Shown here: positions 51,432-63,937 of the stretch, piece by piece
Layout of the letters: every line of letters starts with the position of its first letter
How positions within the stretch are numbered: position 1 is the stretch's first letter
NCBI GenBank assembly: GCA_013265495.1
Contig: MU061579.1
Span: forward strand, 6,362,124 to 6,426,123
From: Vicugna vicugna
Taxonomy: Eukaryota
DNA: 64,000 nt
Direction of reading: 5' to 3'
Position numbers and translations under genes: made by a program
The notes under the pieces: model-generated
The model's input: only the letters and a program-made list of their open reading frames with translations
Told to the model about the DNA's origin: nothing
The model's database searches: none

Positions 51432-53073
51432 GTAAATAGTGTGGTTCTTAGTGAAGAAAGATTGCTAATGTTCTCTAATTCAATTTGTGTATTATTTTCT
51501 AGTCTGTGAAAATAGACTCATACTAAAGTTAATAGTTTCCTAAATTGAGCGTGGTTTACTCGATAGTGTTATTTCAGTCATCTTCTGCTAAGCACCTTCC
51601 TGTTAAGGATTACCTCTGGATAGCGCAGTCTAAGTCAGTTTATTTGTGTCTGGAGTGGGCAGAATGACAAGCTGAACCAAACCCAGAGGCATTCATAGGG
51701 AAAAAAAGTAAAAAAGAAACAGGATGATGTTGGCACTGTTAACTGCTACTGCTTTTAATATGGTTGATATTTAATGCTTTAAAAATTGCTAAGTAATCAA
51801 TGGTTTAAGCTAGTCAGTCTATTAAGGGGAGGAAAATGCTGGTTGCCAAAATTACTAAGGAAAATGCTATCACCTTGCATAAACTAACAATAGTAAGACT
51901 TGATTCTATGTAAATTGTATAATTCTATGTAATTAGAATTCTATATAGTGTATGCACACATTAATATACATTAATTTATAATATATATTTTCTAAGTGGC
52001 ACACAATCTAGACACTTTTTTTCTAACTTTCCTCCCTTCTCTTAGGATTATGCTGCTCAATTTTGGTGCGAATTGTATTCTTATACTTTGTTTGACTTTT
52101 ACTAATTTCTTTCCTAAAGAAGCAATAGTCGTACATCAAGGAACACAATAATATAGTCGCATTCCTACAGTGTTGCTATTTTTTACATCAGGCTGAAGAA
52201 ATTCTATCTTCATATAATACTGGGAGTAACATAGGTAAAGCGAAAATCTTGTAGAAAATGAGTTAATAAAAATAAAACTTTGATTAGTGTTTTCTGTGAG
52301 CATTTTTCAGAAAAAAAATGAAAAACTTAAGTATCTCTTCATCTGATTAAATTTCTCCAGGTCAGTGAAAGAATAATCTTTTAAAATTATTTATTTGCTG
52401 ATGTATGAAATTGAAAATTGTAGGTTCTTCTAGGGAGATTTTCCATTTGCAAATAATTTAAAATTTGTTTCCTAGGTGACAATTCCTCAACAAGGAGTTC
52501 AGGTTGAAACCTTGTTATAGAAACCATGAAGATAATACTTGGTGGAGACACAGATTTATTACTTCAGGAGAAAAATAGGTTACCTAACTTTTAAACAGGC
52601 TGTAGCTTTCTCCTGAGATTTTGGGATGGATTTGGCCTTTAATATGTTGTTTCAATTGGTGAATATCCTGTATTTGAAACATATAGGTGGGTGACCTTGT
52701 CATACTTAAAATCATGATGTATGTCCCTACAACCAAACCAACTTTGTCAAAAATATTTAAATTCTGTGTGAAAAGCACAATGTGTAACAACAGGAGGATG
52801 AATGATAATCACCTGCAGCACTAATCACTTGTTAGAGTTTATACTGTCACTGAGGATACTACCTAAATGCAACATACAATACAGTATGGATACGTGCCTA
52901 TTATACTGTATAAGGGAGATGGTTAGTGAATACTATAAGGAAGAGATTACTGTGGGATTATGTCAAAAAATACTTTGAGAAAGTTTCTCTTCACCTGGAC
53001 TTTGAAGTGCTTGCAATTCAATTCAGCAGACATTCATGAATAGTCACCAGGAATTAAAATTAAAAGTGAAATG

Positions 53074-53371
53074 AATATATACCACATCTTCTTTATCCAT
53101 CATCTGTTGATGGACACTTGGCTTGCTTCCATACCTTGACAACTGTAAATAATGCTGCTCTGAACTTTGGGGAACATGTATCTGTTAGAAATAGTGTTTT
53201 TGTTTCTTTTTGGATATATATCCAGGAGTAGAATTACTGGGTCATATGGTAGTTCTAATTTTATTTTTGAGAAGCCTCAAAATCATGTGTGTGAAACTTT
53301 TGAAAATTGCAAAGCAATATAGAATTTAAAGAATCTTTCATTCTATAAAAAGTTAAAATTAAAATTAAAGA
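53074..53371 (+). mobile_element. LINE-1 insertion with 5' inversion
   Basis: TSD AAAAGTGAAATG at 53062-53073 and 53372-53383; antisense L1 ORF2-end segment followed by a sense 3'-terminal segment and A-rich tail. Confidence 0.75.
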
Positions 53372-53644
53372 AAAAGTGAAATGGAACTAAGAATCATGCA
53401 GTTCTTCCTATGTGTCAGGCACTGTTCTTGGTGCTTTAAATAATATATATGCATCTAGTGCTAAATGTTAGCTGAAGAAATACATTCATAACAAAGAGTG
53501 CTGAGGTATAGAGAGAAATTGTGGGCAGATATTGTGACATTTGGATTTTATTTTTACCATTATTAACCACTGATTGTTATCAAGATGTTTGACTAAATTT
53601 AACTATTCTTCAAATAATCACTAATTTGACTTAAACTTAAACTC

Positions 53645-53755
53645 TTCTTTTTTTTATTATTATAAGAACTCATGAGATCCATGCTCTCAGCAAAATTTGA
53701 AGTGCACATTACAGCACTGTTGACTATGAGCACACAATTGAAAAGCACATCTCTT
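53645..53755 (-). mobile_element. L1MA-type extreme 3' fragment
   Basis: 'catgagatccatgctctcagcaaaatttgaagtgcacattacagcactgttgactat'. Confidence 0.65.
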
Positions 53756-54029
53756 TTCTTCATTTTTATTTTTGATTTTTGAAAATCCCTAAAAGATTAA
53801 AAATGTTTACAAAGCAATGGTGTTTAAAATATTGACTTAATTTGCCTTTCTCAGAGGATGTGTTCATATGAGGCATTTCAATTTTATTAAGGGCCGCTAG
53901 TCTAAGTAGATGTTGCTAATAGTTCCTTTTTTACATTTTATGTAAATATTTTTCTATTAAAAATTCTGTTAAAAAACCATTTACATAATCCTTTTTCATA
54001 GTGCTGCATTATTTGTGGATTCTGATAAT

Positions 54030-54420
54030 GCATTTGTTTCTATTAAGAATGCTTTCAGCTGCAAAGAAAAGTATACCAAAGAGTTGCTTAAGAAGTTTGA
54101 AGGTCCAGGCCAAATTCATTATAACGTATCAGTGAATTCAGAGCTGATGCTCAGGGGTTTGTAAAGTCTAGTGAACTGGCCATCCTCCATTTCAATCAGT
54201 CTGATCTCTTTTCTGAATGATTGTTGGCCATGTGGCAATTATTTTTAAATATTTAGAATATCATCCCTTGATATTATCAAGGATCTGAGTCCTTTCTCTG
54301 GCCTATAACTGCCCATTTCTTTTTGGCTTAAGATGATTATGGAAACTCCAGACGTCAGAACTGTGTTAAAGGAAGGAAATGGAGAAAGAATGGCCCATTC
54401 TACAGAATAAAGTTCTTCTC
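54030..54420 (-). mobile_element. Old MaLR LTR (MLT1K/L-like)
   Basis: 'ttaagaatgctttcagctgcaaagaaaag', 'atcaaggatctgagtcctttctctg'. Confidence 0.5.
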
Positions 54421-54779
54421 AATAAAATATCTTTTGAAGTGATAATCTGTTCTTTCTCCAGTTCTTAGGGTTGGAGATGGGGATGAGGTAAGAACAGGTA
54501 TGCTCAATATTCAATACCATGAAGTCTAAATGAAAACAATTGTGTGTCTTCACACAACTTAATTTTGATTAAATTGTTTTTATTTACTTTTGGGATTTGG
54601 ATTCCATAATTACAGTTGACTGTACTTCAGTGATTTTCCCAAAGCATCTTTCTTAATTAAGTCTCTTCTCTTATGAGGTATTGTGAAGAAATTTAATTTT
54701 ACTCAGTCTTTAGAAGATACATAAAGAGCTGTGAGAGTACTCTCATGAGAAAGGAAACAAAAAAAGGGAGAGAAGATAA

Positions 54780-54985
54780 ACTAGTGTCTTATCACTGCCT
54801 AGGATGCAACAGCCCTTGCCTGCTACATATGCCATTGCATTCAAACCTCACAAAACCCTATCGGGGACAGGTAATACTGTCCTAATTTCACCGGCGAGGA
54901 AACCAAGACTTAGAAAACTGATTACTTAGAAAATTAACTAAGGGTAATCAAGATCACTCTGATAGTAGGTGTCAGAGGAAGGGCT
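54780..54985 (-). mobile_element. MIR SINE
   Basis: 'aacctcacaaaaccctatcggggacaggtaatactgtcctaatttcaccggcgaggaaaccaagacttaga'. Confidence 0.75.
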
Positions 54986-55058
54986 TGGTCTCTTCTTTGT
55001 TGTTATTGAAGACAGAATATCAGAAGTGATGGTTATTACATAGGACCTCAGTGATTTA

Positions 55059-55697
55059 AATTACCATACAATCCAGCAATCCCACTTCTGGGTATGCATC
55101 TGGAGAAAACTCTAGATTGAAAAGTACATGCACCCCAATGTTTAGACCAGCACAATTTGTAACAGCCAAGACATGGAATAAACTTAAATGTCCATGATTG
55201 GAAAAAGAAGATGTGACATATATATACAATGGAATATTATTCAGCCATAAAAAGAATGAAATAATGCCATTTGCAGCAACTTAGGTGGACCTAGAGATTA
55301 TCATACTAAATGAAGTTAAATCAGATAGAGAGAGACAAATATTATATGATATCACTTATATGTGGAATCTAAAAAATGATACAAATGAGCTTATTTACAA
55401 AACAGAAATAGACTTGCAGATGTAAAAAAGGGGTTACCAAAGGGGAAAAGTGGGGGAAGGATAAATTAGGAATTTGGGATTAGCAGATACAAACTACTAT
55501 ATATAAAATAGATAAAAAACAAGGTCCTACTATATAGCACAGGGAACTATATTCAATATCTGTAATAACCTATAATAAAGAAGAATATATATGTAAAATT
55601 GAATCACTCTGCTGTACACCAGAAACTAACACAGCATTGTAAATCAACTATACTTCAGTAAAAAATAATAATAAATAAATAAATAAATAAATGAATA
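55059..55697 (+). mobile_element. Cetartiodactyl-type LINE-1 3' end with (TAAA)n tail
   Basis: 'ccatacaatccagcaatcccacttctggg...gggattagcagatacaaactactatatataaaatagata...gctgtacaccagaaactaacacagcattgtaaatcaactatacttc'. Confidence 0.92.
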
Positions 55698-57224
55698 AGC
55701 CACAGAAGAAACTTGACCATGCCTGGTAACCTTCTTAGATCTGCTGTCTAAACAATATATATTTTTTAAATACAGGAAAGTACAATTGGTAAGGACTAGT
55801 TTTCTTTATTTTCTATGGAAACCTGTTAAATTCCACAAAAGGAAGGTGGAGAAATCTCAGAATGTTTCATGTCTAACGCTTGCCTTTTATATATATCTGC
55901 TCTTCAGTATAGATCCGAATTTGAGTGTCACTTGCATAGAAAAACTTTCCGTTGCTCAAGGGCTATAAGAAATTTTGAAACTATTGACAAAGAGTTTCTC
56001 GTTTTGCACTGAATGGTCTTTTGTACACACAAGTAATTGCTTTGCTGTCCTCCCCATGCCCTGTTGGTCTGTTAAGGTCATGGAGGTTGAGGAGTTAAGA
56101 TTCATGCATCTGGGAGACAAACACATGCCCAGTGTTTGTTGCCTTTAAAGTCTCACCGTAAGGTCAGTGTTAGGTTTGCAATAGCGACTTAAAAAAATAC
56201 CCTAGTTCACTGGCCAACGTTGCATATATTCTGTGGGCCTTCTTAAACTAGCACTGCCTCCTAGATACACTATGGAGCTAACTAATTTTGTTACCATATT
56301 ATAACAGGAATATGTATACAGTAGCTTCTTCAGACTTAGGATCTTAGTAATTTTTGTTCCAAAAATGCCTGGTGTGATGCTTTACATTTCATGAAGTATG
56401 GTTCAAAGGCACAAGGTCATGGCTCCTGTCAGGGCAGTTGAATGTGCATTGAAATTGTTTTTAAATTTCTTAAAAAATTACAATAGAAAAATAAACTGTT
56501 ATAAATGTAAGGTCATGACAATTTATGTATGTATATTTGAAGTCAGATGTCTATAAACTTGTATTTGGGTACAGAATTTGCAGTGAGTTTATATATTGTG
56601 ACATTTTAATTCAAGATTGAGATGTGGTTTACACTTAACAGTAAAAGCTGAAATGAGGCTATTTACCTTGTTTAAAATGCTGCACTGTGCATGTTTGGAA
56701 ATGTACATTAATTTGCTGTATATATTATCTTGAATTTGTTTATATCTCCAATTTTTTACACTGAAGATAAAGTAGCTTTCATTACATTCAAAACTTTTTT
56801 TTGTGCTTTTTATTTTCTGTTTGTACAATGAGATTTTATACTTGTATCTCACTGCATCAAATCTGATTGCAGAAGTTAAAGCACAATTTTCAAGCAAAAA
56901 AAGAAAGAAACCCTCTTGAATATATATTTTTACATCCCTCATGCTCAGCAGTGTGGCCCCCAGAGAATACTTAAATGTTTATTGAATGGGTTTAAATTCT
57001 ATCTGACTCACAACCCATGCTGTTTATATTATGACCTGTTTCATTTCCCAAGAATAGTTTCCATTAGTGATGCTCTCCAATTTTCTAATACATTCTGAAT
57101 GTTCAAAATTTTAGATATTTGAGGTAGTCTAGTAAAATCAAAAACAGATTTCAATCATTTACTATCAATTTTTCTTGAGCAAATTACCTAAAAATCTCTG
57201 GGTATATACTATTATTCATTCAAA

Positions 57225-57360
57225 AAATAATAACAAACATACTTAGTGCTTTTTAGATGTCAGATTTCTTCTGAGCCTTTACATAAATCAACCCATTTAA
57301 TCTTCACAATCTCCCTGTGAGGTATGAGTGGTTATTATCTGTTTCACAAATGTGGAAACA
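57225..57360 (-). mobile_element. MIR SINE fragment
   Basis: 'ccatttaatcttcacaatctccctgtgaggta...ttattatctgtttcacaaatgtggaaac'. Confidence 0.75.
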
Positions 57361-57692
57361 GCTATTGCCACAGAAAATGTGGCATTAAAATCCACCCCAA
57401 AATCCAATGGCTTAAATTAACAATCATATTTTCTTGACTATGTACCTCAGCTGGGGGATAGATGATCTAGGTCGGGTAGGGCTGGGAGACTCTGCTATTG
57501 GTTATTGGTTGGCTGGAGGTCAGCTGGGATGGGCTTAGCTAGGACAACTCCACACCTTTCTCTTTCTTTTCCAGGGTCCAGTTAGATAGACTGGGAGTAG
57601 TTTCTTCTAGAAATGGCACAGGTGCAAGATGTGAACAGTTAACAAGTTCCTTTCAAGCTTCTGCTTGTGCCACATCTGCTAATAGCTCATTA
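57360..57692 (-). mobile_element. MaLR LTR (MLT1G/H-like)
   Basis: 'ccaccccaaaatccaatggcttaaa...gggcttagctaggacaactc...caagcttctgcttgtgccacatctgctaat'. Confidence 0.7.
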
Positions 57693-58034
57693 GATTCTCT
57701 GTTCCACACTTTGTCACTCTGTTCTCCAAAATTGTTCCTTGTGAAGCCAGAGTTTCATACAATTGCTAAAAATTAGTCCTGAGGGAGAAGACAGAATTCT
57801 GGCTCCCTTCTCCAGATCTGCTTCCTCATCTTTGGCTCATGATAAAGTTTATCTTTAAAATTTGCATCCCTTTTTCTCGGTCATGCAGTAAACACATTCA
57901 TGAATATAACAAAAGTGTGTAGCAACAGTGTTGTCTACCTGGGCAGCAGCCAGACAATGTCTTGATACACAAGTTTGTTCATATGATTAAATGTCTGTGT
58001 GGAGATTTGTGTATCTTCTAGTTTATCGAAGGTT

Positions 58035-58180
58035 GGACCAGACTTTCTGAGTTGTCAAATATGATCTCATCATTTTACTGATGGAAAACCAAGTATCAAA
58101 GAGATTAAGTTTGACTTTTCCATTGGAGCAGTCGTCTAAGTAGTAAGTCTCATGCTCCACCCAGGACCTCCTAACTGAAG
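58035..58180 (-). mobile_element. MIR fragment
   Basis: 'catcattttactgatggaaaaccaagtatcaaagagattaagtttgactt'. Confidence 0.55.
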
Positions 58181-60659
58181 AATATGTAAAACAGCTGATA
58201 TAAGGAATCCAAGGGAATAGTAAATTTGCCTGTGCAGCATGCAATTATGAAAGGAACTCTGCAGCACAACTGTGCCCTGTATGACCTGTCCTCCTGTGAG
58301 GTGCCCACTGTTAGGAAGTTATCACAACCAGGACATACCTCTGTCACTCCTCTCACCTTTCCTGCTTTTGGTCTTGAAACTGAAATCACACTTTGCACAC
58401 TGAGGCTCTCCAGAAAAATGACCCTATATGATTATTCTATATTGTTTGATTTTTAGAGGAACGTACACAAAATAATTAAAAAAAATACCACGTGTTCATT
58501 TTATGCTTGGTAATCATAAGTATGAACCAACACATTTTCTGAAAAGACTTATGCAGTAGAAGCAAGGTTATTATTAACAGATTATTCCTCAAAAATAAAA
58601 TATACTGTAGCACTTCTCAAATTACATATCCAATGTTCTTGGTGCCCTGATTGGGGGGAAAATCTATGAAAACTCTACAGGGAGCTGTGTACTTTTAGTT
58701 GAGTCACATATCCTACTGCTTACATAAAACTGCTCATGTCTATTTTTTCTGCCTCTGTGATTTATGTGCACTTATCAAAGTATCTATACTAGATTAGACA
58801 CTCAATAAGTACCCTATGTATTATCTGAGAGTAATTCAACATGCCCATGTGTTTAGAAACATTCTATTCTCCCATTTGTTAATATGAGGATAAATATGAT
58901 TGGTTTATGATCGATAAGACAAATAAACTATATTTTTACCTTAAACTTAAAGTTTTACTATGATTTTTTTTTAGGATACATCAAGAGTTTGCCTTAGTTG
59001 TTTTGTTAGGTCAAACTCCAGAAAAAATATCATTAATAACACCAGGAGTTCACTCTAGCACACTATCAATTTTGAGTAGGAGAATTATGACAAATCTTTT
59101 CTCACATCCCCATTTAGCATTCACACTCTGCCAACACTGAGCATTAAGAGGTTTATTTTTTATTTTTTCAAGCTCAATTTTGTTGTCAGAAATGTTTGGA
59201 AATTGTCAGAAATTGGCTTGGATTGGCAAAAATATTGCTAGGTGGCCTACTTTAAATTCTTTAACCCAGTCACACTTATCATCTAGAAATGGCAGAACAG
59301 CTTTAATAAATAAGCCTTTTAAAAGCATTTCCTCCAGATATAGCTAGCTCAGTGGTTCTGAAGTTGTAGGAAAAAAAGCTATTCAAGGAGAGAAGGGAGT
59401 CTTTCAGAGCAAGATGATGGAAGGAAACAAGTAGCAAGCTGATGGAAGTAATGGGTCAAAGCACCAAAGAACCAAAGGTGGAAAGAGAATTCCTCCTGGA
59501 GCAAACATGTGAAAATAGAACAACTGTTTTCTGACATTTGCAGGACGAGAAAAATAATGAGGATGTGTTTGAAGAAAAGTAAATGATGAATTTAGATCTT
59601 GCTTGCTTCAAAGTTCTCCCTTTTGCTAACTCTTAAGGTGAAATTATTAGCAGTAAATAGATTAAGACGACATGGAAAGACAATAATGCTAGCAGCTATT
59701 TGTATACTAGTTATTAGTATTCATCTCAAAAGCCATATATGGGTCTTTTAATTTCCTTTGCCTGCTGTGCTCACTGAGTATTTGCTGTAGAGGCTTCAAT
59801 ATATATAACTTAATGAATGAGTAAATGGACAAAGTCATTGTGTCTTGGTGCAGAGAAGGGTGAGAGTTTAGCTCTATCCAAAAGGAATTCCCATGCTTGA
59901 ACCCCAGCTGGAATTTTTCTAATTGAAAGCAGAACTGCATTTACTTGGGTGGGACATTACCCAGCAGCCTACTCTCTTCCTGTTGAGGGAGAACATGATG
60001 TTTACCGCAAGTGAGGAGTAACCTTTTCTTTCCCTGAGACTAGTACAAGCTTAACAGCTGGCAACAGGATTATGGCCATGCTCTCTAGGAAGTCTAGTTT
60101 CTGGTATATTTCTGCCTTTAGTTTGTTGCTTGTTTATTGACTTTTGGGGGGGGACAAAACAGAGCTGGCCTAGGAATTAATGTCAGATGATAACATTTGT
60201 CAGGCTAGATCCTGCTCAGGCATTGCCTGGTCAATGATCTAGCAACAACAAAAATTCCATTTAACAAGGATTTATTGAGCACCTACTTTGCAGCATCAAA
60301 AGACCAGAAACCAAACAACCTGAAAACTGACTTAAGGAGTATACATTATCCAGAGACAAACATACATATCAAAAGAAAAATATTTCTTTGTTACAAGGAC
60401 CTTATGCAAATATGAAGAGACTTCTATAAAAGCACAGAAAGGTCAGAGATGTTTTCATTAATATCAAATTCAACATAAAGTTAAATCATTACAATTAGTT
60501 TGTCATTGTAGACAGTGCCCTTCTACTCTCCCAAACTATCCAGGATTTTTTTTTAAACTTGTTTTTAGACTACATTAATTACACTACTCATTGAATTCTG
60601 GAAAGTAGGAATTATAGAAGTAATAACTACTGGCAATATGATTTTTTTAAGTTTAGTTT

Positions 60660-60965
60660 TGTTTTTTATTTATTCAACAAATGTTTGCATGTTAGCCATA
60701 AGCTTTATACTGTTTAACATATGACTAACAGAGTCACTGATTTCCAGATGTTCAAAATGTGAGGAGATACCCAAACATGTAATTATAGACTATAGTAAGT
60801 TTGGTAACAAAAAAAAAGGATAGGGCATTAAGGAGATAGCTGATAAAGAAGAAACTGGGAGGATCAAGGACAATTTCCTGGAAGAGACAATTCCTGAGTG
60901 AAGTGTAAAATGGAATGTAGGGCTTTGGAAATTGGGGTCTGAAGGTGGTAAGACATTTCAAAGGA
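60660..60965 (-). mobile_element. L2 3' fragment
   Basis: 'ttattcaacaaatgtttg...ggatcaaggacaatttcctggaagagacaattcctgag'. Confidence 0.6.
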
Positions 60966-61251
60966 ATGGAGATTTTAGGTTTTCAAAAACCTAAAACTGC
61001 CAAATACTTACGGAGATGTGGAACAACTGGTAAGAGTATGAAATGGTAAAACCACTTTGGAAAATTATCTGTTTCCAGTAACAAGATCATACAACTATTT
61101 CATGACCCAGAAGTTTTATTCTTATACTCTCTTCTCAAGATAAGTAAATTTTTCCACAAAAAAGCATTGTGCAAAACTTTCACAGGAATGTTATTCATTA
61201 TTGTCCCAAAATTGAAGTAGTCTTAATGTCCATTTGTAGAAGAATAAATAA

Positions 61252-61693
61252 CGTGTTAGGATTTTCCTACTGCTACAACAAATTACCAAAGCTTAGTAAC
61301 TTAAAATACAAATTTATTCTCTTATAATTCTAAAAGTCAGGAGCTTAAAATGGGTCATTTAGGGCTAAAACCAAGGTGTCAGAAAGGCTAGTTCCTTCTG
61401 GAGGTTCCAAAGTATTAGCTTGTAGAGGCTGTGACATTCTTAGCTCTTGGCTGTGTCACTTCAATCTGTGCTTCCAACATCACATCAACCTGTCATTTTC
61501 ACCTCCCACTTCCCTCTTATAAGGATTTTTGTTATCATGCTGGACCCACCAGAATAATACAGAATAATTTCTCAGCTCAAGGTCCTTAACTTAATCACAT
61601 CTGCAAAGTCCCTTTTGAATATAAGGTAACAAATCATAGGTTCTAGGTATGAGAACACAGACATCGTGGGGAGTTCATTATTCAGCCTGACAC
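61252..61693 (-). mobile_element. MaLR LTR (MLT1D-like)
   Basis: 'caacaaattaccaaagcttagtaacttaaaatacaaatttattctc...ccttaacttaatcacatctgcaaagtccc...attattcagcctgacaca'. Confidence 0.88.
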
Positions 61694-61855
61694 AAGATTG
61701 TTTATCATTTATTCTTACAATGGAATAGCACTCAGCAATAAAAAGGGATGCATTAATCATACATGTAAAGATACGGATGAATCTTTTGGACATAATGTTG
61801 AGCAAAAGAAGGTGGTCATAGAAAGATTATAATGCATGATTCTAAATTAACTTGT

Positions 61856-62002
61856 TTTTTAAAAATTTATTTTTTAAAATCCTTTTTTGGAGAGGATGTA
61901 ATTAGCTTTCTTTCTTCCTTTCCTTTTTTAGAGGAGGTACTGGAGACTGAACCCAGGTGCATGCTAAAGCATGTACTCTACCACTTGAGCTATATTCTCC
62001 CC
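61856..62002 (-). mobile_element. tRNA-derived SINE (Vic-1 type, longer tail variant)
   Basis: Minus strand GGGGAGAATATAGCTCAAGTGGTAGAGTACATGCTTTAGCATGCACCTGGGTTCAGTCTCCAGTACCTCC plus tail; approximate TSD TAAA(T/C)TAAC(T/C)TGTT. Confidence 0.85.
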
Positions 62003-62379
62003 TGATTAAACTAACCTGTTGTTATAGAGTCAAAACCAGAGGTTCCCTCAGGTGATGACAGTAACTAGAGAGGGGCCTTGGGAAAGTTTATGGAGTGACA
62101 GAAATATTCTGCATCTTGATCTGTTGTGTAACTACATTGATCTGTTGTATTTTACTGTAAATAATCCCCCAATTTTAAATGTATTCATTTTCTTTTGAGC
62201 ACTATGGTTCTTCTTCTTCTACTTTAATAATTTAATCTTACCATGTTTAACACTGAATTCTTTATCCTGGTTTTCACAAATTCATATTTGCTGTTTCTCC
62301 TGTGATTCCCATTTTAGTCAACAGCACCTATCTCCCTTGGTTTCCCAGGAGAAATGACTCTGAACTCTCTACCACCCTC

Positions 62380-63547
62380 TGTGTCAGGGACTCCAAGATC
62401 ACTCATAGGCTCCAGGATTTGCTAAAAGGACATGCAGGACTCAGAAAAATGATTATACTCTTGTCTATGGTTTATCACAGTAAAATTGAGACAGGAAGGG
62501 GGCAGGACACAGCCATTCAAGGAATGCCACAGCAATTAACATCAAAATGGTGAAGAATTCAACCCCCAGTAGGCCTTGAGGCTCAAGATGATGAGAGATT
62601 TAACTTCTAGCAGATCTTGAGCTTCATTATACGCCCATTGTAATATATTAACATGGTGAATAACATGCCCACAGGCACCATGGCAGTCCCAAGGCTAGCC
62701 ACAAAAGGTCAAAGAGTGGGAAATGGCCAGCTTCCTGGGAATCCCAGCCCCTTCCCCAGGCTAGTTAAACTGGTCCTTCCACTTATTAGCTATGAAGCCA
62801 CCAAGCCCATAAAAACCAGCAACACCAACCCTCGGGGCTGCCTCTCTCTCTCCCTCTTTGAATGTGTACCTACTTTCAATCTGAGCACCCAACCCCCACA
62901 CCTCATGGCCTTTCTCGTGCCTTTCAGTGCATCTCTCTGAATAAATCTACCTTCACTCAACTGTGGCTAGCTCTTGAATTCTTTCCTGCATGAAGCCAAA
63001 GACTCACACTTGGTGAGGCACATCCCAGGGGCTCAACAGAGACCTGGGACATGGCCCTCCTCATGCCCCACACCTGTTTTCCTGCATCATATAGACATAG
63101 ATTAAAATCAGCCAAGGGAAAATGCCCTTGTCTGAAACCTAGGAGAAACAAGGAGCAAATGTCTAAGCCTCCTCTTCCAGTGAAGAGTACACTTAATGTG
63201 CGTAAATGAAGACACACTTAATTCTCCCAACAATCTGCAAAGTGGGGCTAACTATGAAAGCTCATCCAAGCCACGGTGTCCAGGGTTTTTATGGGGGGGT
63301 CAGTCTTGTAAGTATGCAGCCACTTTGACTCCAACACCCCATCCCCCTCCTCATGCTTACTCAACCTCAGGAAAAGACATCAAGACCTCAGGCAAACAAA
63401 AACACTCTTCTCAGGCAGAATATTCCAAGGGCTGGGAGGTTATCTCCTAGGAGCTGCCCAAGGGTCAGCCCTGAAGTCATGCTTTTCTTTTGAATGCTCA
63501 GGGTTTCAAGCAACCCTGGCTTGCTTTGTAACCCTTTGCTGCCTACA
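62380..63547 (-). mobile_element. MER21-like LTR, split by a younger LTR
   Basis: 'tgtgtcagggactccaagatcactc...caggactcagaaaa...ggtttatcacag' resumes at 'agattaaaatcagccaagggaaaa...gtgtccagggtttttatgggggg...taaccctttgctgcctaca'. Confidence 0.75.
62487..63089 (+). mobile_element. ERV1 solo LTR, MER41-like (cetartiodactyl)
   Basis: TGAGACAGGAA...TTCCTGCATCA inverted termini; 'ccatggcag...ttcctgggaatcccagcccctt...ttagc', CATAAAAA, AATAAA and 'gaattctttcctgcatgaagcc' resemble MER41/LTR8 LTRs. Confidence 0.75.
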
Positions 63548-63609
63548 CTGGTTTGGAAGCAACGCGAATTCTGCCTTTGCAGTATCTCTTAGACCTAGCT
63601 TTTCTTTTC

Positions 63610-63810
63610 TGATTTCCTAGTCCTCACATTACTTCCAGGCCTCATCTTCAATCATCTAGTCTATTCTCATAGCAACCAAATGGGTGGTTTGACTACCATT
63701 TCTCACTCACCAAAATACATCTTCCACATTCTTGTCAGAGTTCTCTTTCTAAAAATCAAATTTGATAATGCCACTGCTACACTGTTGACAATACTTTTAA
63801 TGTCCATTAT
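63610..63810 (+). mobile_element. L2 fragment
   Basis: 'catcttccacattcttgtcagagttctctttctaaaaatcaaatttgataatgccact'. Confidence 0.6.
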
Positions 63811-63937
63811 TTATACAATATCATGTATCTTTTAAGAAACAATAATGTACAACTCTACTCATTACATTGGAGCTTTATATTCAATATGTTTGTAAGTAGA
63901 AAAAGCTAGAGACAAAACACCACATGTATTACATTCT

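Larger units (their letters stand above)
60990..62180 (+). mobile_element. Old L1ME-type 3' region, interrupted by MLT1 and a SINE
   Basis: 'ggagatgtggaacaactgg...aaatggtaaaaccactttggaaaa', 'acaatggaatagcactcagcaataaaaagg...ggatgaatcttttggacataatgttgagc', 'gaaatattctgcatcttgatctg'. Confidence 0.75.
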
